The notes below the pieces were generated by a model. The model was not told the origin of the DNA and did not search any database. It saw only the letters and a program-made list of their open reading frames with translations. Both the position numbers and the translations under genes were made by a program. From Podarcis muralis (Eukaryota), in contig NC_135657.1 in assembly GCF_964188315.1 (NCBI RefSeq), positions 78,182,001 to 78,246,000 on the forward strand: a stretch of DNA of 64,000 nt, written 5' to 3'. Below are positions 1-13,400 of the stretch, piece by piece (position 1 is the first letter of the stretch; every line of letters starts with the position of its first letter).

Positions 1-995
1 CATGGGAAGTTGAGCAGACAAAGCACCTCAGCTCTGCTTCCTTTTGTACTTTGCATCCAGACTTGATGAGGCATGTGGACCCTCACCTGTTTGGAGCCTA
101 CTCCAGCTGAGAAATCACACACTTCCTCCCAGAGCTAGTGAGCCCCACCTGATCAGCTAGGGAGCTAGGTTGTGGGCCCAAGCCTGCCTTAGCCTCCTAG
201 AGCACCACTCCCACAGCTCCCTACACCTCATAGAATCACAGAATTGTAGAGTTGGAAGGAATGGTATACATGAGTCTATCTCTGATCTTCTATTACCATG
301 ATTTTAAATAATTTACAAGTGTCCTGAACAGATTTGACTCTCTTGACTCCTCCCTTCACCTTTCTTCTAACTAATCAATATGTTTTCAGAATATTCGAGG
401 TTTTGAAATTAAACAGGACCCTGTTGGGCTTTCTGGGTCATTTTCTATTTTCACGTATGTTGGATCTGACAGCTCTGAGACACCTCAATCACTGTTCCAA
501 AGCAGTTCAAACAACACACCACATCCTGAGCACTCTTCAGAATATAGCCCAAACTTTCCTCTTCCGCCACCTTCCCACCCCATCCCCGTACCCCACAAAT
601 TATCACCTCCTCTAAAACTCCATCATTTATTCTATCTAGAAATGATGTGTCTTTGTGATCAAACCCCAAAACTAATTTACTCAGTCAATGTGAGGGTAAT
701 TAATATACAGGGTACTATATAAAGCAGAATAAACAAATCACAGGAGCAATCTGGATTTCTATAGAGGGTGTGAAGAGAGACATAAAGGTATTATTATTAT
801 TAATTGAATTTATATCCTGCCCTATACCCGGAGGTCTCAGGGCGGTTCACAGAACAAAATCAAAATATAAAACCACAAAATATAAAATGAAAATAACAAC
901 CCAATTATAGCAATGCAATTATGCATAGTGAGGCTTGGCTTCTGAATTGGATGAGGATAAATAGGAGTTATTATGGGGGGGCACAGCAGCACTGT

Positions 996-1185
996 GGGTC
1001 ATAAATTCAGTAGCAGTGCATCTGCTTTGCATGCAGAAGATCTCAGGTTCAATCCCCAGCATCTCTAGGTAAGAATGGAAATGTCCCCTGCCTGAAACTC
1101 TGGAAAGCTGCTGCCAGTTTGGTTGACAATACTAAGTTAGATGGACCAGTGGTCTGATTTGATGGAAGGCAGATTCCTTTGTTCC
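996..1185 (+). mobile_element. tRNA-derived SINE with CR1-type 3' end
   Basis: tRNA-like head (gcatctgctttgcatgcagaag, GGTTCAATCCC), tail ggcagattcctttgttccc. Confidence 0.8.
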
Positions 1186-2215
1186 CTCTCGTATGTTCTC
1201 AAGTGCTTTGAACATTCTAAAGTGCTGCCTAAATGCTAGCATTAACATTAGTATTATTAGTATTATTTCAGAACCTCTGCACCACAGCAGGTGGAAAGCC
1301 TTGAGGGCTCAACCCCCTTTTTAAATTGTTTAAACAACACAAACGCCTAGGAGCACATTAACTCTCTAAACAACTGGAAATCATTTTCCAGGGCTGCCTG
1401 TTCAATGAGAGCCATTCAATTCCTTGAAATGCAAGCTATTTTCGAGTCATTTAGCGCAGCAAATGGGACAGGTCCCAATCTGTTTCTTCAAATTTCTGTA
1501 ATTTAAAAGGGACATAACTGCATTTTTTATTCTAATGATCATTGCAAACTCATGTAGAAAATGTAAATGCACAATTCAGAATGATCTTGCAGCGCAAGGC
1601 ATAGCCTCTATTAATGTGTTCCAATTTGTAATTCTTTACACAGTATGAGATTGGAAAGCTGTGATTAAAATTAATTAGGTTAAGTAAAGTTTATCCCCCC
1701 CTGAGCACTGCTGTTTGAAGAAAGAAATGGTACAACACTCGCTACATCTGGCGCTGCAGGAAGCAAAGGCATCAGGCAGGAGAGCGAGGCTGCTTAGCTA
1801 GACGTTCCATGCTGCTTATTTGGCACACCTTACGCACCATGTCCTCTCTTCCAAGAGCTAATTGAGACTAAAATACTTGCTGACACCTTGCAAAATTTTA
1901 ACTACTATCTGTGGATGTCGCAGAAACTGGTCACTGAAACAGTTATTTGGGGCAGGGTTGTTTCTTAAGAAAAAGTGAGAGAAGAAGCCCTGCCTTAGTG
2001 TATGTGGGGCTCCCTCCTTAAGTATCAAAGATATTGCACCTGTTCAAAAGAGTAAGAAAACATGCTGTCAGATTTTCATTGCAATATTCAGCTGATTAAA
2101 GCATTGGTAAAGCACACAGATCTCAGTTGCTACTAGGCATGGTACACTTTTTAAAAAGGAGATATATACAGTATACATATACTTATACTTATAAATATAC
2201 ATATAATTTGCACAT

Positions 2216-2625
2216 GCTGGCATGTTAGCATCACATTCTCCCATACCCTTTTGGAAAGGTGAGCCATTACTGTAGCTGCTTTGCCAATACAGTTGGTGGT
2301 TATGGTGGAACGCAGGTACACAGAATTGTCTACCACCTCAAGCATGTGGTCACCACTGCTGATGCGTGGAGTGCTGTCAGTCTCCTGACCCAGGATGTTG
2401 GTCTTCATCAGGCTGAACTCCCCACAGTCTTGGGCAAAGCGGTTGCTGAGTCTCTGTAGAGCTTCCACAGAGTGTGCTGTCAAAGCTGCATCATCTGTAA
2501 ACTGCATCTCTTGGAAAAGGACAGGCCACACCTTTGTCTTGGCACGGAGACTTGTGGAAGACCCCTGTTGCTCCTTGAATGAAAGTACACATCATCTTCA
2601 ATCGAGCTAAAGGCATATGAGAGCA
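2216..2625 (-). mobile_element. RTE-clade LINE reverse transcriptase fragment
   Basis: QFTDDAALTAHSVEALQRL...KTNILGQ...IGKAATVMAHLSKRVWEN (FADD motif region of RTE ORF). Confidence 0.85.
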
Positions 2626-3121
2626 TGAGGGAAAAGAATATGCCAGAAAGAGTTGAGGCGAGAACACAACCAATTAGTCACTGAAAAACTCAGCCCTGCT
2701 ATGAAAACCTAGAACATATTGTCCCTCCCAGGGTGGTGAACCTGAAGCCCTCTATATGTTGTTTAAGTCACATAAGGTTGAACCAGCAGAACTAGTTATC
2801 ACAGATGTTGACAGATATGCTGTGAAATATGTTAAATCCACTAACTTAATACAGAGCTTAATCCTGCTTTGAAGTATTGTTCAATATTTTAAACACTAGA
2901 TGGCAATAGACACATTGCTTTATTCAATGAGGTTGAAGAGACAATGTCCTAAAATCAGTTATGACAGTGAAAAGCATAACCTGGAATTTAAATTTCTTGT
3001 TCCCAAGCCCTGTTAATTATACCTACCTTGCTATATTTCTATCACAATTTTATATTGTCCATGATCTGTGCCCTGATGATTGTAATGTCAATTCTGCTGA
3101 AATTCTACCCCCTCTGGAATA

Positions 3122-3379
3122 CCGTATTTTTTGCTCTATAAGACTCATTTTTTTCCTCCTAAAAAGTAAGGGTGTGTGTGTGTGCATCTTATGGAGCGAA
3201 TGCAGGCTGCGCAGCTATCCCAGAAGCCAGAACAGCAAGAGGGATTGCTGCTTTCTCTGCACAGCTATCCCTCTTGCTGTGCTGGCTTCTGAGATTCAGA
3301 ATATTTTTTTCTTGTTTACCTCCTCCAAAAACTAGGTGCGTCTTGCAGTCTCGTGTGTCTTATAGAGCGAAAAATACGG
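3122..3379. mobile_element. Tc1/mariner-pogo MITE (second family)
   Basis: 23-bp TIR ccgtattttt(t/c)gctctataagac (22/23 match), TA TSD. Confidence 0.85.
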
Positions 3380-5355
3380 TATATGGGAAAGGTCTAGTGG
3401 ATTTCAGTGGGGCCAGGGTATTTTTCATTTTTAATCTTTCTTGGGAAACGTTGAAGGTGGGCAGAGGGCAGGGAGACATTTACTCCAGTGTAACACTTGT
3501 AGTTCAATGTTAACCATGCTTACTCAAAAGTAAGTTTCACTTATTTCCTCAGCACTTTATTTCAAGGAAGTACGTTTTGAATCTCCATTCATACAAAGAA
3601 ACCTGAACTCAAATGACAAAAGCAAGATGTTCCACCTAGGGAGAAAAAGTATAGTCTGTTGTAAAACATGCTCAGCATGCATCCCATGTTCAGTCCCTGG
3701 CATCTCCAGCTGAGAATCCAAAATAGCTTCCTTAAAGACATATGGCTGGAAAATACCTTCTGCCTAAAATCTCCAGGAGATGCTGTCTTTGAAACAGACT
3801 GTGAGTAGATCCACTTCATGCACTTAAAACACATTCAGTGCACATTTAAAGCACATGACTCGCCTCCCCCCAAAAAACAAATCATGGGAATGGTAGTTTC
3901 CTCCTAATGCAGCTACAATTCCCATCTCCTTAAACAAACTGCAGTTCCCAAGCCTCTTTGTGGGAGGTTTCTATAAATGTATAGTGTAATATAAGTCCAT
4001 ATAAAGTTGCCTCTTATGCTCAGCACATCACACAGTAACAACAGTGCAGCCTTCAGCTGTGAGGCATCTGTTCCTTCAATAGTTGGGCTGGAAGCAGACA
4101 TTTCATCAAATGCAGTTTGTCAGTTCACAATGACCCAACAGCAGCCTGACAGGCAGAAATTAAGCAGGGAGGGTGCTGTTAAAAACACTGCTGCAGCCCC
4201 ATAAACAGCAGTAGCCCTCCTGACATGACTACAATATTACCGGCACTGCTGCTTTGTTTACAAGGATGTTTCCCTTCCTTCCCCTAATAAGGGCTGCTTG
4301 CATCATGGAAGCTAAGCTCTGGGACGGCTTTGTGAAAAAGCTGGATGTCACATGCAGAACCCTCACCTGCAGGCGCTGTTTGGTTCGCCACAACTCAGTA
4401 TATGCTCTGCCAGGTAAGAATATAACTTTTTACTAATAAGCACTGTTTCCCAAACAATCTGGATAGAATATATCAAGGGGCTACTATTCCATATTGCATA
4501 GATGGGTCAGCTGCCAACTCTTTTTTTCTGGCACGGCTCCAGTGCCTTTAACAGGTGTGTGGCAAGCAGAAATTCAGGAGCTAACGCTCTCCCCATTACT
4601 TCATCACCTTCCTTCGCATGATGAATTTCTCCCAGGCATGAAACTCTTAGGGTAGGAGCCTTGCCAGATAAGGAACTGGCAACCCTTTTTTGAGGAGTGT
4701 TCAGGTCAGCAGATACAAAGGATTGTGTCTTGAATAATTTCTGCATCTTGAATGTCTGCTCTGACAGGCATGGCAAGTTCTACAAAGACTTCTGCACAAC
4801 CATGACTCTTCCTCTACATTTGGTCATGCTAACATCCATTAAGCATTTTGGATAACCAGAGTTTGTTTAATTAACATATCAGGGAACACCAAATCCTGCC
4901 AATTGTCAACACAGAAATACTTATGTTCGTTATTGAACTTACTTAGGATTCTCTAAAATATCTCTTTTGTAATATAAACATGGATGGCTTTGTTTGTATA
5001 TGTCTGTGTTTTGCCAGTTAATATAGTCTGTTATCTCTTAGGTGTGATTTCATAATTATTAAATGTTTCCAGTTCCTCAACTTGTTGCCAGGTGTTTCTC
5101 TATCTCTTATCATTTGCAAAATGTGATAACTTGAGCACAAAGTACTGTACAACACTATATTCCACAGCTGATTTTCCTGCCTACGAAGTCAGTTAAGGAC
5201 ACATATCGTCATGTTCTAGGAAAATGAGGCATAGTGAAATGCAGTTAATTCAAACAGCCAGAAAACAGTTTGGAAGTTTTGACTCAAGAGCTGTCTGTAT
5301 ATACTGGCATGTCATTTGCCCCCTCCCCCCAATTCCCTTTAAACTGGTTCTCTCT

Positions 5356-5356
<1 letters not shown>

Positions 5357-5430
<74 letters not shown>
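5357..5430. repeat. Compound (CT)n(CA)n microsatellite
   Basis: Direct reading. Confidence 0.98.
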
Positions 5431-5433
<3 letters not shown>

Positions 5434-5549
5434 TGTCCTGCAGGTGTAGCATTGTCCAGTGTTACCACAAGAATTACTTATTTGCTAAGTATCCATTGCT
5501 GGTGTGTGTGGTGGTAGGGGAGGGGTAGTAGTACCTCTGGTGGGGGATG

Positions 5550-5805
5550 TGTCGTGATTGTTCTGGGGTGGTTTGCCCACCTTTGGTCCCCACCCTGCTC
5601 TCACCTGTGGATTTTAGAAGCTGTCAGCTGTGGCCTCATCCTGAGAAAAGGCTATGACTGACCTGCTAAACCTGGTGAAGGTAGCTGATGTGTCTCAAAC
5701 CCTCAGTGAGTTTGGGGTTTCCCCTGCCTGTGAAGACGGGCTCCAGTGAATTGAGCGGTGGAGACCAATGGTGGGTCCAATGGTCAAGAAGAGTGGTGAC
5801 AAAAA
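5550..5805 (+). mobile_element. 5' part of an RTE-derived non-autonomous element (tentative)
   Basis: Recognised repeat text gtctcaaaccctcagtgag...gagaccaatggtgggtccaatggtcaagaag; family assignment from memory. Confidence 0.5.
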
Positions 5806-6141
5806 ATAAAATAAAAGCACAGTTGGCAACCATTGAAAATGGGCCGATGAAATATGGAAGTTATGAGTGAAAATACAGACTAACAAACAGAACATTGATT
5901 TAAGAGTTGTAGACAGTTCAGAAAAACAAAATAACAAACAAAGAAGTACCAGAAGGGCACCAAAAGAAGGGGAGGATTTGTGGCCAGCTCAAAGTTTCCT
6001 TGCTGGGGTATGCTTATTCTGATAAGTTTCAAATGGTCAAGATGCAGTTACAGATAGGTAGCCGTGTTGGTCTGCCATAGTCAAAACAAAAAAATTTTTT
6101 CCTTCCAGTAGCACCTTAAAGACCAACTAAGTTAGTTCTTG

Positions 6142-6179
6142 GTATGAGCTTTCGTGTGCATGCACACTTCTTCAGATAC
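6142..6179 (-). ncRNA. Minimal type I hammerhead ribozyme (inverted copy)
   Basis: Exact reverse complement of 6241-6278. Confidence 0.75.
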
Positions 6180-6240
6180 ACAGATGTATCTGTAGATACA
6201 TCTGTAGATGTATCTGAAGTATTCTTCAGATACTTCAGAT

Positions 6241-6278
6241 GTATCTGAAGAAGTGTGCATGCACACGAAAGCTCATAC
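6241..6278 (+). ncRNA. Minimal type I hammerhead ribozyme
   Basis: GTAT-CTGAAGA-A-GTGTGC/GCACAC-GAAA-GCTC-ATAC: core CUGANGA, stem II, GAAA, palindromic stem III AGCU, 4-bp stem I; predicted cleavage after C6274. Confidence 0.75.
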
Positions 6279-6797
6279 CAAGAACTAACTTAGTTGGTCT
6301 TTAAGGTGCTACTGGAAGGGGGAAAAAAATTGTTTTGACTATGGTCAAGATGGTGATGATAAAGTTCTTCTGACTTAATATACATTTTTTTAAAAAATTA
6401 CAGTTTGATATAAAGTCTGCTTAGAAGGGCCTGACTAGTCGTTGTTCGTGGTTGTGCCTTTCCTGTTAGTTTGTTGTGGTGGTTTTTCACCTACCATGCA
6501 AACCACTGTCAAGTGTTGCTGACACTGCTGTGGAATTAGATAATATTCTTTTCCCTCTTATAATCTCTCTAGTGGGGAGGGCGGTTGGCCATGCTTGCTT
6601 ATTTTAGTTTATTTTTTAAATTTTAATATAAAGATAAACTATAGAGGTATTTTTAAAAAATAAAAAGCATGACCTACTAATCACAGTATTGATATTCCAC
6701 TCCACACACACTCATACTGTGTGAACTGCAGAGCACACAAAATATAGGAGCATTTGAGAGAATTCTCATGATTTACTAAACCTTCTCAACAGACTCA

Positions 6798-7008
6798 GTG
6801 CAGATGTCCAATGTGTTGGACTTGGACCTGGAAGACCAGGGTTTAAATCCCCACCCAGCTATGAAGTAATTTTGAGTCAGTCACTGCACCTCAGCCTAGC
6901 TACTACACAAGGGTGTTATGGGGCTTAAATTAGGGTGGATGGGAAACCATGTATACCACCTTGAGCTCCCTGGAGAAAAAGGTGGGATATAAATGCAAAT
7001 AATAAAAA
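6798..7008 (+). mobile_element. CORE/MIR-like SINE (Squam3-like; family name tentative)
   Basis: B box GGTTTAAATCC, CORE-like cagtcactgcacctcagcct, ggtgggatataaat tail. Confidence 0.75.
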
Positions 7009-8589
7009 TGATGATGATGATGATGATGATGTCACAGCCAAACTATGCCCATTGGGAACAGTTGTCTCAAATGAAATAAACAAAGTCATATGTCCTATTG
7101 TGCTATAGTAAAGCAAGGGTGGAGAACCCAAGACACGGGGTCAAAACGCAGCCCTTGGGATTCTCCCTAAACCTCACTCCCTCCACACAGGCCACACTGC
7201 TCATTGGTGTCACGCCCAGCCCTGACCTACAGGCGAGACTGGAGGGAACCCAAATTAGAACCAGAATATATCCCTTAATTTAAGATACAGGGGTAGCTGG
7301 GTCAACATTTGGAAATGGGGAATGTTGGGGTGGAACCAAACTAGATAGCTGCTAAGGCTTCAGATATTGTTGAAAACAGCTTCCATATGTATAGTTCCAT
7401 GCCTTCTCTTGTCTAATGCCTCATACAAAAATCAACTCAAACCATAACGTTTTGTCTTTTCTCACCTTTCCTAAACAGTGACAGCTAAAATATGTGACAG
7501 GAATGCCTTAGCTCTTGTGGTTTGCAACAGAGAGCTAGATATAATATAGTTCTGTGCAAAGACATGCAAAGAGAGCAAAGGTTCTTGTGTAGTATGATAA
7601 CACACATATCTGGGGCCATAACTCAACAGGCCTCCAATTTGATTGCTTCTGGTAAGCATTAACTAACTCTGCACTTCTGGACTGTGTGCTTTGCAGCCTC
7701 CTTCCTCCTGTTCTGCTTCTGATACTTTCCAGTGACCCCTGTAATAATGTTTTGCATTATTGTAGCGATAAGACTTGGTGGCATAAGAGCTCAGCTTCCA
7801 ATCTGTGATGCATGTGATTATATTAGTCTTCCTTCAGTGGCTGCAAAGTCATAATAATAAATATATCCCTTCTGTAAATCTGCCCCATTGACGTCTGAGG
7901 AAGTTGGGTTTGTTATTGTTTCAGCAGAGAGCATTCTGCAACTTCATTGCTTTGATCCTTGGCCTTACGTGGCTTTTTAAAGCTTAGCAGAGAGGAAAGG
8001 AGGGTTACGAGACTTGTAAATGTTTCTGTTACATCAGATTGTCTTTCCTTGTACAATCTGCTTGTGTGACTCATACCTTTATGTATTAAAACTTGCACAT
8101 CTCACTCTCTGGAAGGCCCAAGGCCTTGTTCTAAAAGATTTCCAAACATTCATTTTTTTTTGTTATGTTTAGACATGATTTAGAAGTACGTAAGCGAGAA
8201 TAACTGTTAAGCAATTTCAGACATTATTGATATTAATAATAAATTATAGACTACAGGAGTCTGGAGAGGTGTGAAGCTGCTTCCACAAGATTTAAATCTG
8301 TTCTTCAAGAGCCTCCTCTCTGCCCACATAAAAGGGCAGAGTGGTGATAAACCTGTATAATTTTTCCTGCTGTTTTTCTTCTGCTGAGAAAAGCCTTCTG
8401 CGAGAGCAATACATAAATCGTTCAGCTGCTTAATGGTATCCGTTATGACTATGTTAGGACAGGGGGGGGAACTGCCTTTTATTGGAAGCCTAAGTAACAT
8501 TTTCAGGCAATGGTTTAAAACTGGGCATCAGAGGTCCTATTTCCTGTTGGCAACATTTGCCACTGGTTGAACTGTGTGCAGAAGCCACA

Positions 8590-8831
8590 GGATAGGTTAG
8601 GACTCGAACTAATGGCTTCAAGTTACAAGAAAAGAGATTCCAATTGAACAGCAGAAAGAACTTTCTGACAGTGGAGCGGTCTCCCTTGGGAGGTGGTGGT
8701 CTCTCCTTCCTTGGAGGTTTTAAAGCAGAGGTTGGGTGGCCATCTGTCATGGATGCTTTAGTTGAAATTCCTGCATTGCAGAGGGTTGAACTAGATGACC
8801 CTTGGGGTCCCTTCCAACTCTGAATCTATGA
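8590..8831 (+). mobile_element. CR1 LINE 3' end
   Basis: ctagatgacccttggggtcccttccaactc plus (ATTCTRTG)-type tail. Confidence 0.85.
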
Positions 8832-9742
8832 ATCCGGAAATCGGTTTGCTAGTTTGCTTCATCACCACACCAAGCTGCTGCGGGACCGGGGGCAGGGAGA
8901 AATGGTTTTTAAGTCGGATGTGACTGGAAGGAATCATTAGTGTGTTGCCATATTGACTGTGGCAATCTGCCCACTAAAAGAAATAAATGCCCACTTTGGC
9001 TTTCTCCTTTTTCTTTCAGCAAACCACCTTTGTAAGCCAGCCCCCCCCCCCCTAGTATTCTCTTATACTTCCAGGGTTATTTGGTGCTTCTTTTTAATGG
9101 CATCCATCAGAATCAATAAGTATGGAGACCTTCAGTAATATGCTTCAACAGAAGCGTATTAATAGTTGGGCTACAGAGGCCAAGTGCTCATTTATCATGT
9201 TGCATTTCCTACCGACCCAGAACGACACAAGGCCAGCAGTTCTGCTCACTGACATGAATAGGGACGTATCACATTTAGGAAAGTTTTGTTTGCCCCCAAT
9301 TAAGGGCACAGATGTTCCAGTAGTTTGCCAACCTGTTCAACTGCAGGCATTCTTTTTAAAATTAAAAATGCTGACCACATCAAATGCATAGAAGACTAAA
9401 GGTGGGAGGTATAAAACTAAAACCACTTAAGGTTTACCCTACCACAACCACAAATTAGACATCAGGTAAATGTTGACTTAAGAAGCTCTTCAGTGGCTTG
9501 GAAACTGGCCTCACATCCCAAGAATGTACAACTATCGTTTATAGCATAAAGGACCAAGTGTAGGTAATTATTTGCAATTGCAAGCACTGCACTAATACAA
9601 TTATGTAGACTGTTACGATTTATTGTAATATAAATCATGTAATAAGAACAGCTGTACTGAGTCAGTCCAGTAATCCAGCTCTGATTATGATCCAGATCTG
9701 AATGCTTAAATTGTATAATAACCTAGGAGGTTTACAGAGCAG

Positions 9743-9882
9743 CAGTGGTGAATCTGTGTCTCCCCAGATGCTGTTGGACCACAGCTCCTATCATCCCTAA
9801 CCATTGCCATGCTAGCTGAGTCCTGCAACAGGCAGCAGGCTGGGGAAGGCTGATCTGCAGGGCCACAAGTTCCCCACCCCTG
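9743..9882. mobile_element. Old hAT-type foldback MITE (related copies near 13416-13550, 34614-34746, 37150-37265, 48526-48656, 50667-50800, 54150-54250, 63440-63545)
   Basis: Shared ccagatgttgctggactacaactcccatcatcc motif and its inverse; related to the 29633 copy. Confidence 0.65.
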
Positions 9883-10091
9883 TGGTAGAACTTCTTTGAG
9901 ATTCCTCTCTTATCAATGGTTCACTGTGTAATGAAGAACTGAGGCAGAGCCATTTTTCATCATTGGCAAAAGAGCATCCAACACTGTTGAGTAAGCAGTC
10001 CCTCCTGGAAGGCAAGGGTTCCAGCTTGTCATTCCTCGCAAGCAGATCTGGTGCAGATGGGGAAGAGCCCCACATTTTAATGACCTAGCTG

Positions 10092-10443
10092 AGGTAGAAT
10101 CTGTCACACACATCCTTCTATTTTGCGAACTTTATAGTGAAGAACGAGTTCAACTTATTTTGCCGCTTTTATCAAAATTTATACCCTTACAACACTATTT
10201 GGAATCCTCTCCCGAATTCCTACGAAAATACCTTCTGGAAGATTCCTCAAGCTTAATATCATATGAGGTGGCCAAATTTTGCACTTTAGTAATCAGGAAG
10301 CGTAAATCGCTTCTGTTGAATGGCACACTGCGAAGTTCCCTTGTGTAATCCTTTTTTTTTCTGATGTTGTTGTTGATTTCTTTTTGTTTGATCTTGTGGT
10401 GTTTAGTGTTACTGGCCTTTGCCGCAATAAAACTTGAAACTTG
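10092..10443 (+). mobile_element. 5'-truncated LINE 3' end, clade unresolved
   Basis: 13-bp TSD AATGACCTAGCTG (10079-10091, 10444-10456); ORF2-like C-terminus YLLEDSSSLISYEVAKFC; AATAAA plus (CTTGAAA)n tail. Confidence 0.75.
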
Positions 10444-13400
10444 AATGACCTAGCTGCAAGGAAAGACTACGCAACTTACTCTGTGAAAAATGTGCATAGC
10501 AGCAAGAGCCCTTCCAACCAGGAAACACTAAAAAATCAGGATATTAAGTTTTCCCCAGAAGCACAGCCCTGTTCTGGAACACTGCTAGGATGAGATACAG
10601 GCTACACTAGCTGTGTGAGTGCATCTCCTTGCAACTTGGAATGTGTCTGGTACAAAGGAGGGGTGCATTGTACATGCATTTGTAGTGCCTTTTTGCAAAG
10701 ATGGGGAGGCTTCACTTTCTCACGGATACTATTTTGAGTACCTGAATAGGATCATGTTGGGAAAGTGTTAACTCTTTTTGTGAAACCAAATCCACCTGCA
10801 ATCACTATCCCTAAAGTACTGCTAAATAAAAAATGAAGCCTCAAGACCTCAATTTGAATCATTTGTAGCTAGAATAATAAAAAGCAGGCTCTGAAACAGA
10901 AATAACTTTATGAGGCAGGGATGTTGTTCCAATCTGTAAGTAATGCCATCTGGTTGTCTAACAATCTAGGCGGTTAACATGGTTCCCATCATCGTCACAG
11001 TTTGTGATTTTCCACATATGGCAGCGATTCTTCTACAATTTTGGTGCAAGTCCTAAAATTGTTCTGTGTACTGAAGTCTCTTGTAAATGTGATTTGGCTA
11101 TACCAAAACATAGCCTCATGTTAAAATTATTTTCACCAAAAGAGTTAAATTAATACTATGGTAAAAAGTTTTTATTCCATACTATATGTATGCCAATCTG
11201 TACATAAAATAAGGAAACTAATTTGGGTGTACCCACTTCCGCTGTGGTCTAGGACCAGGAATCTTCAGACACCAGAGTCTTCCAACAATAACTCCAAGGA
11301 TGAGCTGGATCCACTCCCCATTCCATCCCATGTGGGTCCATTGACCCTGCATCTCATCCCCTGCAACCCAGGTAGACCCTTCTACCACCAGCCTCCAATG
11401 ACTGGTCCACAGACTTCTTGGAGGGTCCCAAAAGGTGTAAAGAGCTTACCCCAAATAAGTTCCTGAAGCATGAAAATCTACTGTCTAGGGAGGAAAAAAG
11501 CAACCGCTGCAGGAAAAGGCACTGGTCCTTTTTCTGCTGATGCACAGCTCAGGGGGCAGAGCTTTCATCTGTAATACCGAGCCCAGACTATAAAGACCAG
11601 TTGCTCAAATATGCTGCTGAGGTCACTTGTATTTATTTGCTCTGGCTGCAGAACTGCTCTGCAGTTCTCAACACTAATCGACTTGACCTCCTCCCCTGTC
11701 TGTCCTCCCATCCCTCCCTCTGCCCCAGAGAGCATGTGAACTTCCAGGATTGGCTTCCTTTGCCTGGTGTTCCTGGAATGTCATTCTACAAGGATCTTGG
11801 TGTATGCTTGGGGGCTCAGTTTCATGTGCATTGGAGGTGGGGTGCTATTGGGTTGTTGTTCCAGGACTGAGCCTCACCATCGTGCTCCTGGCACGCCTGT
11901 TAAATGAGAAGCTGTTGTTACATTCCCAAGATGCGCTGAGCATTTATCGCACCACCAATCCTTTTCCTAGCACTTAATGTTAATTGCTAGCCTGGTGTTT
12001 GCATTAGACTGAAGGATCTGGGGACAATTAAGGCCTGTGTCACAAAAGCAAACATAGCCATCTCCTTCCAGAGAGTGAAATGCATAATGACTGGGTATAA
12101 AGGGGTTCTCAGAAATCCCAAGCTGAACATATTCCAGAACATGACTTTCTCTTTAATAGGCTCCCTGCCAGAATGACACATCGCTCTGGCTCACTGGAGT
12201 CGTTCATAAGCTGCCCTTTCTCACTCTGCTCCTTCCTGCAACATTCCCGCTTCCATGGACAGGCACCAGGGGATGGTGCTACCGGTGGCAAAATACTGTT
12301 ATATTATTTACACTAGCAAAGCTGTGGGAGGAAAGAAAGATTCTTTGCTCCTTGCTCAATCTGGTGGAAAAGAAAGGGGAGGAAAAGACCACAAAAAGTA
12401 CATAAAAATTGAGCAGCACAGAAGGAGTTGGATGCCCACCAAATGCTTAATTATTTGTGGCTGACTTGGGTTTTCCACTCAAAATCTCTAGATGGCTTTT
12501 GACGGTAAAGCAATATCGGAAAGCATCCTGTTCCTCTTCCTGCTTTCTTTGAGAGACCCTTGGTTCAGGGATATTGCGCCCTGAATATAAACTTGAGGTT
12601 GAACCAGAAGGCTGTGGGACTTGCAAAACAATGGCGAGGTCTGTCAAAGAGACCTAGTGATATGGAGTTGTTTGTTCTTTCCCCCTCCCTATGAGCCAAT
12701 GAACCCTCTGCCCACATAAAATGCCCCTCAGTGCAGTAAATAGGCACATCAGGGAGTGTGTTGTACATCACTGCGACCCCCCTGGAGAGCAGCAGGGTAA
12801 ATGCATTTTAAATGAATAAATAATTAACCACGTGCAGGGTGTTTGTTTTGTTTTTAAGGTAGTAGAGTATTCAAAAGCATGACTCTCTCCGAGTCCCATC
12901 TGCAGTCAAAAGATTTGTAGGCTGGGATTCTGCCACCTTGGGACTATTCATCATGCATAGCTCTACACATCATGCATCATGTGTAAAAAGCTCTAATTTG
13001 CACTTGCAGAAATATGAAAGAAGAGAACCAATAGGAGACAAATCCCTGGGAAGGTGCAGAATTGCAGACCTGATAAGATGGCTCACTCAAGACAGAGTTT
13101 CTTTTGTCTTTTGTGCACGTATTCCTATTTTCTCTTTCTCTGGCCAGGATGCTTGGTGAAACTTTGTCAAGGCTGTGGTTTTCTTTGAGCAAACTCATAT
13201 TCGTTCTATTACCATTTCTCCCACAATATTTGTGTCATTTTACAAATTAAGGCAGATAAAAAGTTTTCAGTTTAACATCAATCAAATAAAGGTTTATCAT
13301 TGCTATACGTTTAAAGCACTTTTCTGAGTTGAAGTGGGTAGCAGCCTTCTTAATGATAATACCTCAGTTTTGGAAGTCTATTCCCCCTCCCAATGCACAA

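Larger units (their letters stand above)
6045..6340. mobile_element. Penelope-like element remnant: inverted pseudo-LTR pair (palindrome)
   Basis: About 105-bp inverted arms 6075-6180 and 6240-6344; 12-bp TSD ATGGTCAAGATG (6033-6044, 6341-6352); hammerhead core in each arm. Confidence 0.85.

Noticed and set aside
996-1070. tRNA-like sequences (also 44283-44350)
   Set aside because: They are SINE heads continuing into SINE bodies, not tRNA genes
4305-4655. Possible two-exon plus-strand ORF (MEAKLWDG...ALPG|VWQAEIQEL...; intron 4414-4554)
   Set aside because: The phase fits, but the product is about 69 aa, unrecognisable, and the acceptor is weak
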